The position numbers were made by a program, and so were the translations under genes. A DNA stretch of 64,000 nt from Nannocystales bacterium (GTDB lineage: Bacteria; Myxococcota_A; Polyangia; Nannocystales; Nannocystaceae): NCBI GenBank assembly GCA_050633305.1, contig JBOEGF010000043.1, forward strand, positions 224,001-288,000, read 5' to 3'. Of this stretch, positions 51,352-60,395 are shown piece by piece. The notes under the pieces were generated by a model that saw only the letters and a list, made by a program, of their open reading frames with translations, was not told where the DNA came from and ran no database searches. Within the stretch, counting starts at the first letter, position 1. Every line of letters starts with the position of its first letter.

Positions 51352-52020
51352 TCAACCTCGGGTGACTTCGACGTGGTCCAAGCTCGCCCGCTCGCCTCGG
51401 AGGACGGCCTGCTCGAGCTTGCGGAGTGTGGCTTGCCCGTCGCAGGACCCGAGGATGGTGTGGGCGCCGACCAGGTGCTTGGCGGGTCCGGTGGTGATGA
51501 AGAACTGAACCGAGCTGGTGTCGAGCTCTCCAACCCCGGCCATCGCCATGACGCCGGCGCGCCCGAAGTCGTCGCCCACGCCGATCTCGTCTTGCAGGAG
51601 GAAGCCGCCATCCGCGAGCTTTCCGCGCCGGCCCGTCTGCACGAACTGCCCCTCCATCGCGCGGTGCCAGGGCACTCCGTCGTAGTAGGGCGCTTGGGTC
51701 CAGCTGCCGTCCTCGTCGCGAAAGGGCCGGAGTCCACGGGCCAGTCCGACGAAGTTGGCGACGGCCAGCGGCGCGTGGTCAGGCTCGAGTGTGCATGTGA
51801 CGGTGCCGGCGCTGGTCTCGAGGGACGCTCGCAATGTGCCGGTCGGAGGCAGGCCTTGCACCGCCTCGGCATATGGAAAGCGTCCCGCGTAGGGGTCTCC
51901 AAGGCTTTCGTTGGCGAGCCTGAGGTCTTCATCGGCCGGGGGCAGCGCACCGGGCACGCCGGGGGTGCTCGCGCACGCCAGGCACAGCAGACACGGAAGC
52001 CAAAGGGCACGAGGCATCAC
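51352..52020 (-). CDS. Second, more divergent cyclophilin-type PPIase (lipoprotein)
   Basis: APLAVANFVGLA, WHRA..FVQTG, VQFFIT, HLVGAHTILG; CLAC lipobox. Confidence 0.85.
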   Translation of the reverse strand: MMPRALWLPCLLCLACASTPGVPGALPPADEDLRLANESLGDPYAGRFPYAEAVQGLPPTGTLRASLETSAGTVTCTLEPDHAPLAVANFVGLARGLRPFRDEDGSWTQAPYYDGVPWHRAMEGQFVQTGRRGKLADGGFLLQDEIGVGDDFGRAGVMAMAGVGELDTSSVQFFITTGPAKHLVGAHTILGSCDGQATLRKLEQAVLRGERASLDHVEVTRG

Positions 52021-52165
52021 CGCGCCACGCTACCCCAGCTGGACGCATGCCGAGGGCGCTGCGACGGGCGTGGGTCACGTGGCCCCGACGAAGGAGGGAG
52101 GCGGTGAGCCAATGAGGCACGGGTCCAGCTGGGCCGGGGCGGATCTGGCTGCTACCGTTGCGCCG

Positions 52166-52849
52166 ATGCGTTCAAAACGCTTCCCCCTGGCCTCCCGATG
52201 GATCGCCGTCGCCACCGTTGCGATGGGGTTGAGCCTCGGAGCGTGCAAGGACCACAGCGCCACCGGCGAGCTGTCGTCACCGCCGGATGCCAGCCCGTTC
52301 GAGAGCAAGCACCACAAAGCGTTCGACGACGACTACACCCCGCAGAGCGTCGAGCTGATGGGCAGGGCGCCCAACGACGTCCTCGACCAGCAACTGTTCG
52401 CCGAGCGGCTCGGGTTCTCGGACGTCCTGGTGAAGGTGCGGGTCCGGCAGGTGTTCGGGAAGGGACGCTACGAGGGCCGCAAGGACCAGTACATCGCGGT
52501 CGCGGTCGAGGAGGTGATCATGGGATCTCTTCCCGACGAGACCGAGGAGGAGCAGCTCCTGGTCATCAAGGGCGAGGATGAGTTGCCCCGGGATCTCAGC
52601 GATGCGCAGCTGCTTCTGTTCCTGAAGTGGGCGCCAGGGGAGGTGCCCTCGTATCACCACCACCTGATGCCGGCCGGGGATGAGCTTCTCGAGATGATCG
52701 GAGCGATGGTGAAGCACGCTCAGAGCGAGGGGATCCTGAACGGGGACGGAGAGATCTCGACGGGGCGGAAAAGTCGCAAGTCCCGCAAGAAAGACAAGGC
52801 CAAGAAGAAGAGCGATGCGGCCCTCGACGGCGACGGACCGGCGACGTGA
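52166..52849 (+). CDS. Hypothetical lipoprotein
   Basis: LSLGAC lipobox; Lys-rich C-terminus. Confidence 0.7.
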   Translation: MRSKRFPLASRWIAVATVAMGLSLGACKDHSATGELSSPPDASPFESKHHKAFDDDYTPQSVELMGRAPNDVLDQQLFAERLGFSDVLVKVRVRQVFGKGRYEGRKDQYIAVAVEEVIMGSLPDETEEEQLLVIKGEDELPRDLSDAQLLLFLKWAPGEVPSYHHHLMPAGDELLEMIGAMVKHAQSEGILNGDGEISTGRKSRKSRKKDKAKKKSDAALDGDGPAT

Positions 52850-52932
52850 AAGCGCGTCTCCTGCGCGAAGGAGCCTGGACCTACCCTGCAACGGGCTTTT
52901 GCGACCAAGCACCGAATCTTCGCACCGAACTC

Positions 52933-52961
52933 TTGACGTTCGGCTCGGGCCCGAGTACAAA
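52933..52961 (+). promoter_or_regulatory. Promoter of the tRNA-Ile/tRNA-Ala operon
   Basis: TTGACG-N17-TACAAA followed by a GC-rich discriminator. Confidence 0.65.
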
Positions 52962-52973
52962 GCGCGTCCGCTC

Positions 52974-53050
52974 GGGCGTGTAGCTCAGCTGGTTAGAGCG
53001 CCGCCCTGATAAGGCGGAGGTCGGAGGTTCAAGTCCTCCCACGCCCACCA
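52974..53050 (+). tRNA. tRNA-Ile(GAT)
   Basis: GGGCGTGTAGCTCAGCTGGTTAGAGCG..CT-GAT-AA..GGTTCAAGTCC..CACGCCCACCA. Confidence 0.97.
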
Positions 53051-53127
53051 CACCGGCACCAGACTCAAGACTGCACTTCAGATTAGACTAGACTCAAGAC
53101 CGCACAAGACAGGCGGCACACCAGTAC

Positions 53128-53200
53128 GGGGGATTAGCTCAGCTGGGAGAGCATCGGCTTTGCAAGCCGAGGGTCATCGGTTCGATCCCGATATCCTCCA
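53128..53200 (+). tRNA. tRNA-Ala(TGC)
   Basis: GGGGGATTAGCTCAGCTGGGAGAGC..TT-TGC-AA..GGTTCGATCC; G3:U70; CCA not encoded. Confidence 0.97.
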
Positions 53201-53204
53201 CACC

Positions 53205-53237
53205 AAGCCCCGCGAGGCAACTCGCGGGGCTTTCTTT
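53205..53237 (+). terminator. Rho-independent terminator after the tRNA pair
   Basis: AAGCCCCGCGAG-GCAA-CTCGCGGGGCTT followed by TCTTT. Confidence 0.9.
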
Positions 53238-53264
53238 GTTGGTTCCGGGGGCTACTGTGTTCCC

Positions 53265-54101
53265 GTGCGACTCGCGGTCCTGGTTCTCCTCCTGACGACC
53301 GGCTGCGTGGAGCGGCTGATCACGGAGCAGGACAGCGACGGCGGGCAGTCCGGGTCTCAAGACGGTGGTGAGGATGGGGAGTCGTCGGGGGACGAGAGCT
53401 CCGGTGCCGTGGACGAGCGTCCCCCGCCTACGCCGCCGGTGTTGCGCGAAGCGATCTACGTCAACAGCGGCGACACGTTGTTTTCCTTCGACCCGGTGTC
53501 GCTGACGCTGGCGCAGCTGGGACGCTTCACGTTCGACGATGGCGGCGCTGCGTCGGTGACCGACATCGCCATCGACCGTCACGGGCTCCTGTACGCGCTC
53601 TCGGCGGGAATGCTCTACGTGTGCGATCCGGTGAGCGTGGTGTGCACCCCGCGGGGCCCAAGCAGCGCGAACTCGGCGGGGTTTGCAGAGTTTGGGGCCC
53701 TGGATCCTGAGGACGACGTGTTGGTGTTGGTCGAGGGGAACGAGGTGGTGCAGGTGCGGGTCCACGAGGGAGGGACCGAGACCACGGTGGCCGGGACGCT
53801 GCAGGGGTTCAGCAGCAGCGGTGACGTCATGCCCTTCGGTGGCTCGACGATGCTCCTCAGCAGCACCAGCAGCGTGGGCGACCAATTGGTGGCCTTCGAC
53901 GCGGCAACCGCTGAGGTGTTGGGGCCGCCGATCGCGACACTGCCCCTGCTCAGCTACGGTCTCGCCGGATTCGCGGGGCAGGTTTGGGTGTTCACCGACC
54001 TCGGGGAGATCCTACGTGTGGACGGTGACGGGGGCGTGCAGGCGATGACCCGTGTCGATGTCCGACTCTGGGGCGCGGCGACACACCCCGACAGTCGCTA
54101 G
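53265..54101 (+). CDS. Lipoprotein, probable beta-propeller
   Basis: TTGC lipobox; LFSFDP, TDIAID..G.LY and WGAA repeats; GTG 6 nt after TACTGT. Confidence 0.7.
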   Translation: MRLAVLVLLLTTGCVERLITEQDSDGGQSGSQDGGEDGESSGDESSGAVDERPPPTPPVLREAIYVNSGDTLFSFDPVSLTLAQLGRFTFDDGGAASVTDIAIDRHGLLYALSAGMLYVCDPVSVVCTPRGPSSANSAGFAEFGALDPEDDVLVLVEGNEVVQVRVHEGGTETTVAGTLQGFSSSGDVMPFGGSTMLLSSTSSVGDQLVAFDAATAEVLGPPIATLPLLSYGLAGFAGQVWVFTDLGEILRVDGDGGVQAMTRVDVRLWGAATHPDSR

Positions 54102-54106
54102 TGTCC

Positions 54107-55372
54107 TCAGCGAGCTTGCAGGTAGAGCGAGAGCGGGAAGTTGCCCTGGGCGTCGGCGAACTCGGCGTCCGGGACGTCGATCACGAAGGTGTGAAGACCG
54201 GCCGGCAACGCACCCCACTCGATGATGCGCGTGTCGATGACGTCGCCCGGGCACCAGTTGCTGAAGGATTGCCACTCCTCGTCGGTCATCGGCGACGGCC
54301 CGTAGATGCCGTTGCCCTGGGTATTGACCTCACGGAATGGCTCGCAGGTGTCGCGCCCGGGGGTGTACTCGAGGGCGGGTCTTCCATCGAGGGTCACGAA
54401 GTGCTCACGACGGATGTACTCCTCGCCGCCTGCGTTGGCACCGTGGTTCGAGGTGATCAGCACGAGCTGGGCATACTCGGTGTCGTTCTCCAGCTCGAAC
54501 TCAATCGTCTTGGTGGTGGTCCCCAGCGCGTCGCTGGCATCTTCTTGGTAGTTGTTGAACGCAGCCTGCATCGCCAGCGGCATGAAGGTGGTGAAACCCA
54601 GCGGTTCGTCGGAGCTGCTGGTGTGCAGTCCCAGCCAGCCCCGGAACACGTCGTTGCGGCCCTCGCAGCCCGAGATCTCAGTGTTGGCGGCGTAGGGGAC
54701 ACCAAACACTTCGAGCTCGAACCAGAAATCGTGGGCCTCGCGAAGCGCCGGGTCCGTGAGAATCGCTGCGACCTCGTCGATGTCCCAGTTGTATCGGACG
54801 GTGTCGGGCTGCCGGTTCATGTCCATGAACGGTGTGACGAAGCGGCCGACCTCGATGCGGTCCACCTCGGAAGGCTCGTAGGTGTCCAAGCCCTTGGGGG
54901 TCAGGGCCAAGTTGACCGAACCCAGGCGATCGTAGTTGTCACACAGGGCACCGATGAGAACCTGGGCCTCCAAGTTCGGCTGGATGAGATCGAGCTGGGC
55001 CTCGGTCAGTCTGATCGTTTGCACGGCGTTGTTGATCCGGATGATCCCCTTGGCCGTCGGTTCGTCGACCGTCTCCGCGTACCCGTCGTAGAAGACCACG
55101 CTGTCCATGAGCAGCATGTCCGTGGGCTGGAGCGGTTCGACTCCCGTGCTGCTCGACCCCGCGTCCGAGCCCGAGTCGGCAGAGGAGGCGTCGGAGGAAG
55201 CGTCACGCCCTTCGGCTTCGGTTGTCCCCGACCCGGTTGCTTCGTCGCTCGTCGTGGTGGTGCCGCCGAGTGCGGACGGCTCCGAAACGCTCGTGCAGCT
55301 CGCCAGGAGTGCGGCTGCCGATGCTGCCCCAACGAAGCCTGCGAACTTCAGGCCGAATCTGGGGTGTTCCAC
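54107..55372 (-). CDS. Peptide-N-glycosidase F-related lipoprotein
   Basis: CDNYDR, IEVGRFVTPF, HG..GGEEY, NWCPG motifs; LASC lipobox. Confidence 0.8.
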   Translation of the reverse strand: MEHPRFGLKFAGFVGAASAAALLASCTSVSEPSALGGTTTTSDEATGSGTTEAEGRDASSDASSADSGSDAGSSSTGVEPLQPTDMLLMDSVVFYDGYAETVDEPTAKGIIRINNAVQTIRLTEAQLDLIQPNLEAQVLIGALCDNYDRLGSVNLALTPKGLDTYEPSEVDRIEVGRFVTPFMDMNRQPDTVRYNWDIDEVAAILTDPALREAHDFWFELEVFGVPYAANTEISGCEGRNDVFRGWLGLHTSSSDEPLGFTTFMPLAMQAAFNNYQEDASDALGTTTKTIEFELENDTEYAQLVLITSNHGANAGGEEYIRREHFVTLDGRPALEYTPGRDTCEPFREVNTQGNGIYGPSPMTDEEWQSFSNWCPGDVIDTRIIEWGALPAGLHTFVIDVPDAEFADAQGNFPLSLYLQAR

Positions 55373-55389
55373 CGCGAAAGCGTATCAAG

Positions 55390-55836
55390 CTACACCGGGC
55401 TGGTCTCGGGCTTGCTGCTCAGCAGTACGAGTCCCACGAAGGCACACACCAGGCCTGCGGCTTTGCGCGCATCCATGCCTTCATGGAATGCGAGCAGTCC
55501 GACTGGGAGCAGGAGCAGAACCACCGCGGCATTGCTGTACAGCGCTGCGACGGAGATGTTCCAACCCGCGCGATAGGCCAGCAGGAACCCGAGCTCCAAC
55601 GCGATGATCGCCAGTCCGAGCGCGGCGCTGGGCCAGCCGAGTTTGGCGAACTGTTGACCCAGCGGTTCGTCGCCGCGGAAGAACGGGAGGGCGAGCAGAC
55701 ACAACACCAACGCCGTCCCGTAGGTCGCGATCAGCGAGATGAGGGGGCTGAGGTCCGGCCGAATGCTCCGTTGCAGCAGGTGATACCCAACGTTGGCGAT
55801 GATCGTGAGGGCGATGGAGATGACGTAGAGGCTCAT
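55390..55836 (-). CDS. EamA/DMT family small transporter
   Basis: About five TM segments; ELGFLLAYRAGWNIS; ATGA overlap with the upstream gene. Confidence 0.8.
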   Translation of the reverse strand: MSLYVISIALTIIANVGYHLLQRSIRPDLSPLISLIATYGTALVLCLLALPFFRGDEPLGQQFAKLGWPSAALGLAIIALELGFLLAYRAGWNISVAALYSNAAVVLLLLPVGLLAFHEGMDARKAAGLVCAFVGLVLLSSKPETSPV

Positions 55837-56933
55837 GGGGTGTCTAGATGAAGGGCGACCTCGTCGGCGAGGGCGAGGGCGCTGGTGAGGCCGGGGGACT
55901 CGATGCCGAACAAGAGCACCAGGCCGGCGAGGCCGTGGTTGGCTGGGCCCAGAAGCGTGAAGTCGGCCATGGGGGTGCCCGGCGCCTGTGTCTTGACCCG
56001 AATGCCCGCGTAGTCGGGGACCAGCGCGTCCTGGGGGAGGCCGGGCCAGTATCGGCGCACGGCGGGTACGAACGCGTGAAGTCGTGCAGGGTCGACGGCG
56101 AGGTCGGGATTCTCGACCCATTCTTGGTCAGGCCCAAACCGAGCGGCACCCGCGAGATCGAGGGTGAGGTGTACGCCCAACGACGCGGAGTCCGGGACCG
56201 GGTAGACGAGGGTGCTGCACGGGCTGGGTCCGCGCAGCTTCGCGTAGGTCCCCTTGGCGAGGTACCGGCGGGGAACGTACTTGGGGTCCAAGTCTTCGAG
56301 CGTTGTCGCGAGAGCTTGTGCGCCCGCGCCGGCCGAGACGATGACGTTCTCGGCGAACAACGGGCCTTGAGAGGTCTGCAGGACGAAGCCGTTGTGTGCT
56401 CGGTGGAGGCTGTTCGCCTGGGTCTTCAGGGCCAGCATGGCGCCGTGCGCCTGTGCGTCGCGCAGCAGGGTTCGCATCACACCGTGGCTGTCGACGATGC
56501 CCGTCTCGGGGGACCACAGTGCGCCGCACGTCTTCAGCGCAGGCTCGCGTTGCTGGACCTGCGCCGCATCGAGCCACTGCAACGCTCCGCCCCCGCAGTG
56601 GGAGGCGTTGCGGGCGATCCGTTCGAGGACGGTGACCTCGGCAGGCTCGGTGGCCACGATGAGCTTGCCCACCATGTGGTGTTCGACGTCGTGGTCCCGG
56701 CAGAGCGCGACCAGCTGGGGGCGGCCTGCATTGCACAGGCGGGCCTTCAGGCTGCCCGGGGGGTAGTACAGCCCCGCGTGAATGACCTCCGAGTTTCGGC
56801 TGCTCGCGTGCTGTCCATAGGCCTCTTCAGCCTCGAGCACCACGACATCGTGGCCGCGATGGGCCAGCGCGCGGGCGATCGCGAGACCGATGACCCCCGC
56901 GCCCACCACCACCGTCTGCGCCCGCATCTGCAC
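55833..56933 (-). CDS. FAD-dependent oxidoreductase, L-2-hydroxyglutarate oxidase (LhgO) family
   Basis: GAGVIG, SSRNSEVIHAGLYY, GIESPGLTS. Confidence 0.9.
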   Translation of the reverse strand: MQMRAQTVVVGAGVIGLAIARALAHRGHDVVVLEAEEAYGQHASSRNSEVIHAGLYYPPGSLKARLCNAGRPQLVALCRDHDVEHHMVGKLIVATEPAEVTVLERIARNASHCGGGALQWLDAAQVQQREPALKTCGALWSPETGIVDSHGVMRTLLRDAQAHGAMLALKTQANSLHRAHNGFVLQTSQGPLFAENVIVSAGAGAQALATTLEDLDPKYVPRRYLAKGTYAKLRGPSPCSTLVYPVPDSASLGVHLTLDLAGAARFGPDQEWVENPDLAVDPARLHAFVPAVRRYWPGLPQDALVPDYAGIRVKTQAPGTPMADFTLLGPANHGLAGLVLLFGIESPGLTSALALADEVALHLDTP

Positions 56934-56958
56934 CGGGGCTCATGGTGCCACGCAGGCG

Positions 56959-58314
56959 CTACGAGGGGGCCAGCACCTGGCCCCACGTCGAGAACTCGGG
57001 GCTCTGGCCGCGCGACCAGGTCACGAGCCAACCGCCGTCGGTCCAGGTCAACGAGGGCGGGTAGGGCGGGGACTGGGTGTCCAGTTCGAGCTCGTCGCCC
57101 AGCGTCACCACGGTTTGGGCGTCCGCCTTGCCTCCGATCGCCAGGCGCTGGAAGACGACGGCATTGTTGAGTCCGCCGAGGTTGCGGTGGAAGACGACCG
57201 CCAGCGCCCCCTCAGGGCTCACGGCGACGGTAGGGCTGTGCTCGATTGTCCCTGCGGCGCCAAGCAGCAGCGGTGCAGCGGTGCCCAGGGCGACGCCGAC
57301 ATCGAGCGCAGATCCGGAGCCGATGGTGCCCGCGACGAGGGGCATCGTGGGTGCATCCGGCCGAGCGACGACCTGTCCTCCCTGCGCTGCGACGCCTTCG
57401 AAGGCCGCCGCGGCGGTCGCTTCAGGGCTCACCAGCCACACCTGGTCTCCCATGTCGTTGCTGCGCTGGTAGCTGAGCCAGGAACCCGAGCTGGCGGCGA
57501 GCAGGTGGCTGACACCCTCCTCCACGGGCGGGCCGAGGGCTTCTCCGAGGAGCGTGCCGTCGCCGTCAAGAGGTTGGCGGAACGCGACGAAGGCCGGGCT
57601 GTCCGGGTGCGCACGTAGACCCGCGACCGAGAACCCATCGTCCGTTCCGTTGACGAGGGCAAACGTATGGTTCTCGGAGATCTCTGTCCCTTGGACACTT
57701 GTCGTGACGCGAAACTGGCTGTCCTCCAGAGGCACTCCATCGCTGTTCAAAACCCGGCCGTGAATCTGCAGGTTGCTCGAACCGCCAGAGCCGTCGTCGG
57801 TGTTCCAAACGACTAAGACCCGGTCGCCTGAGACGGCCACGGATGCATCGATGTCGTTGCCGGGGGCTGTGCTGACGACCTGTCGCGGTACATCGACCAC
57901 GCCCGCGCACCGAAGGTGCAGCACCGCCACGTCGAACAGGCTCCCCGAAGGCTCTGGCTCGACGAAGCTAAACCATGCGCCCGAACCATCCCCAGCGGCG
58001 TGGGGGTGAATGCGGGTCGTCGAGGCGTCGGCGGCGATCTCGAAGGGGTTGCCGGGCTCGAATGCGTCACAGTCCGAAGTGTCTGTCGTGCTCGAGCTTC
58101 CGTCTCCCGTGGAGCTGCTCGTTCCCTCGCCGGTCGAGCCGCTGCCACTCGTACCCACGCCGGTGGTGCTCTCGCCCCCCGTGCCTGGAATGTCGGCCGT
58201 GCTTCCGCCGGAGGTCTCGCCGGTCGAGCCCTCAGCACCCGTGGACGCAGGGTCTGTGTCGCAACCGCCCAGCGCCAAGAGGAGGACGGCCAGATTCCAC
58301 CGTGTGCACACCAT
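56959..58314 (-). CDS. Hypothetical lipoprotein with Thr/Ser/Gly linker and beta-rich domain
   Basis: LALGGC lipobox; start at MVCTRW. Confidence 0.7.
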   Translation of the reverse strand: MVCTRWNLAVLLLALGGCDTDPASTGAEGSTGETSGGSTADIPGTGGESTTGVGTSGSGSTGEGTSSSTGDGSSSTTDTSDCDAFEPGNPFEIAADASTTRIHPHAAGDGSGAWFSFVEPEPSGSLFDVAVLHLRCAGVVDVPRQVVSTAPGNDIDASVAVSGDRVLVVWNTDDGSGGSSNLQIHGRVLNSDGVPLEDSQFRVTTSVQGTEISENHTFALVNGTDDGFSVAGLRAHPDSPAFVAFRQPLDGDGTLLGEALGPPVEEGVSHLLAASSGSWLSYQRSNDMGDQVWLVSPEATAAAAFEGVAAQGGQVVARPDAPTMPLVAGTIGSGSALDVGVALGTAAPLLLGAAGTIEHSPTVAVSPEGALAVVFHRNLGGLNNAVVFQRLAIGGKADAQTVVTLGDELELDTQSPPYPPSLTWTDGGWLVTWSRGQSPEFSTWGQVLAPS

Positions 58315-58361
58315 GGAACGCGTATATCTCGGCACTGTGTGCCAGGTCTGCGACGTAACTC

Positions 58362-59108
58362 TCAGGGCAGGGCGCGGTCGTCCGCCGCCACGGCCCGCGC
58401 GGCGAACATGCGCATGGCGAGGACCGAGCCCAGGATGACGAGCAACGGTGGGGCGTAGGCGAACACCGGGACGCCCCAAATCCCCAACGCCCACGTGGTG
58501 TGACCGTGGGCGATGGCCACGGGCACGGCGAAGAGGGAGGCGTCGTACAGGCCGTGCATCAAGACGCCGAGAAGGTAGCCACCGAGCATGCCCGGACCGG
58601 TTCCGTCGAAGCGGCGACGGGCTGCGAAGTAGCCGAGGATGGCTCCCCATGCAGCGTGTCCGGGGACGGCCAACAGAGCTCGGGCCACGAACAGGGACAG
58701 GAACTCGCTCAGAGAGTGCGGGACGATCAGCAGGTAGACGACGTTCTCGACCAGAGCGAAGCCAAGACCAGCGCGGGCGCCATACACGATGCCATCCATG
58801 CGCTCGTCGAACTCGGGCCGTCGCCAGGCCACGAGGAGGACACACGCGAGCTTTGCCGCTTCTTCGGGTCCGGCCGCGACGACGAACGCGTCGTAGAACG
58901 CGGATGCGTAGGTCCCAACTTCGGGGCCGAGCGGTCGCAGCAAAGCTCCGATCGCGACCACGACAAACCCCGAGAGCGCCCCTGCCAACGCCACGAGCCG
59001 TAAGGTCCGCTGGGGCTCGGGGCGCTTGGCGTCGAGGCGGTCCACGTAGGCCATCGCGAGGATGGCCGGGAGCGCGCCGAACAGCGCCAGCTGAAACTGA
59101 GCTGGCAC
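58362..59108 (-). CDS. prsW: PrsW-family intramembrane glutamic protease
   Basis: PEEAAK, GLGFALVEN, PGHA and HGLYD motifs. Confidence 0.88.
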   Translation of the reverse strand: MPAQFQLALFGALPAILAMAYVDRLDAKRPEPQRTLRLVALAGALSGFVVVAIGALLRPLGPEVGTYASAFYDAFVVAAGPEEAAKLACVLLVAWRRPEFDERMDGIVYGARAGLGFALVENVVYLLIVPHSLSEFLSLFVARALLAVPGHAAWGAILGYFAARRRFDGTGPGMLGGYLLGVLMHGLYDASLFAVPVAIAHGHTTWALGIWGVPVFAYAPPLLVILGSVLAMRMFAARAVAADDRALP

Positions 59109-59117
59109 GAGGGGGAG

Positions 59118-59438
59118 TTACGCGGTGCGCTGGATGATGTGATAGCCGAACGGGGTCTCCACGACACCGCTCGTTCCGCCGACAGGAAGGCCGAAGGCGG
59201 ACTCTTCGAACGCACCGACCATCTGGCCACGTCCAAACTTGCCCAGGTCGCCGCCTTGGGCGCTGGAGGGGCAGTCCGAGTGGGCTTTGGCGAGGTCGCC
59301 GAACGACTCGCCTGCGGTCAGCTTGGACTCGATCTCGGCGATCAGGGTCTTGGCCTCGTCTTGGCTACGGCTTGCGGAGCTGCGCATCGAGCCGGCGTAC
59401 ATGAGCAGGATGTGGGAGGCTTGAACTTGATCAGCCAT
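59118..59438 (-). CDS. Parvulin-type PPIase
   Basis: ASHILL, HSDCPS..GGDLG.F.RGQMV..FE, ETPFGYHII. Confidence 0.92.
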   Translation of the reverse strand: MADQVQASHILLMYAGSMRSSASRSQDEAKTLIAEIESKLTAGESFGDLAKAHSDCPSSAQGGDLGKFGRGQMVGAFEESAFGLPVGGTSGVVETPFGYHIIQRTA

Positions 59439-59460
59439 CGTTGGCCGGCAGTGTAGGCCA

Positions 59461-60366
59461 TCAGGGCGCACGGTGCTGGAGGGCGTTCGAGATGGCTTCC
59501 AGATGGGAGCGCTCGATCTGGCAGCATCCGCCGACAAGTCGTGCGCCAACGTCGATCCACGAACGCGTGAGGTCTGCCAGGGCCAGTGGCGAGATTGAAT
59601 CTCCGTGCCACGCGCCATCGTCATAGCGCCGACCGGCGTTTGGGTAGGCGACCAGCGGGAGGTCGCAGATTGCCCGGATGCGTCGAAGAAGGCCTAGGAC
59701 GTACTCGGGGGCGGTGCAGTTGACCCCGACCGCGGCAACGCGAGGGCTCTCCAGCACCGATGCGACACACAACTCGATCGCCTCGCCGCTGCACGCGTAC
59801 GCGTCATCGATTGCACTGAAGCTGACCCATGCGGTCAGTCCAGCGGGCAGGTCCTCGCAGGCCCTGGCGATGGCCTCGGCTTCGATACGGCAGGGCACGG
59901 TCTCAAACGCGACGACGTCGGCGGAGGCGAACGCGGGCAGCCGTGAGCGATGGAAGCCCTCGAGCGTTTCGAGCGGCACGCCGTAGTCACCACGATACTC
60001 GGAACCGTCGGCCAGGAAGGCGCCGTAGGGCCCCGCGGACGCTGCGACCCAGACCGGGTGTGGTGCACGTTCCGCGGCCTCGCGGGCTAGGTTGGTGGCC
60101 GACTCGATGCAATCGAGGGCGGCCTGCTCGGTCAGTCCTCGCGCCTGCAGCCCGGGCAGCGAGGCTTGGTACGACGCTGTGGTGAGCACCTCGGCGCCCG
60201 CGGAGATGAACTCCTCGTGCGCGGCGGCGATCGCATCGGGGGCGTCGAGCAGCAGTCGCGCGGACCACAGCGGATCGCCAAGGTCGTGGCCCTTGCGCTG
60301 CAGCACAGTGGCAAGCCCTCCGTCGAGGAGTCGTGGACGAGACAAAGCCGTGGCGAACGCGGACAT
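59461..60366 (-). CDS. mmuM: Homocysteine S-methyltransferase
   Basis: LLDGG, GPYGAFLADGSEY, FETVP, GVNC, YPN, GGCC. Confidence 0.92.
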   Translation of the reverse strand: MSAFATALSRPRLLDGGLATVLQRKGHDLGDPLWSARLLLDAPDAIAAAHEEFISAGAEVLTTASYQASLPGLQARGLTEQAALDCIESATNLAREAAERAPHPVWVAASAGPYGAFLADGSEYRGDYGVPLETLEGFHRSRLPAFASADVVAFETVPCRIEAEAIARACEDLPAGLTAWVSFSAIDDAYACSGEAIELCVASVLESPRVAAVGVNCTAPEYVLGLLRRIRAICDLPLVAYPNAGRRYDDGAWHGDSISPLALADLTRSWIDVGARLVGGCCQIERSHLEAISNALQHRAP

Positions 60367-60395
60367 GCGGCGACGCGGAAGGGTACCAGCGACGA

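Noticed and set aside
52047..52110. SAH riboswitch-like start (GCCGAGGGCGCTGCGAC)
   Set aside because: Lacks the downstream CAGGCTCGG pairing strand, and the adjacent gene is unrelated to SAH metabolism.
35212..53237. tRNA-anchored genomic island or prophage
   Set aside because: No integrase, no duplicated tRNA 3' end seen, and the flanking genes look native.
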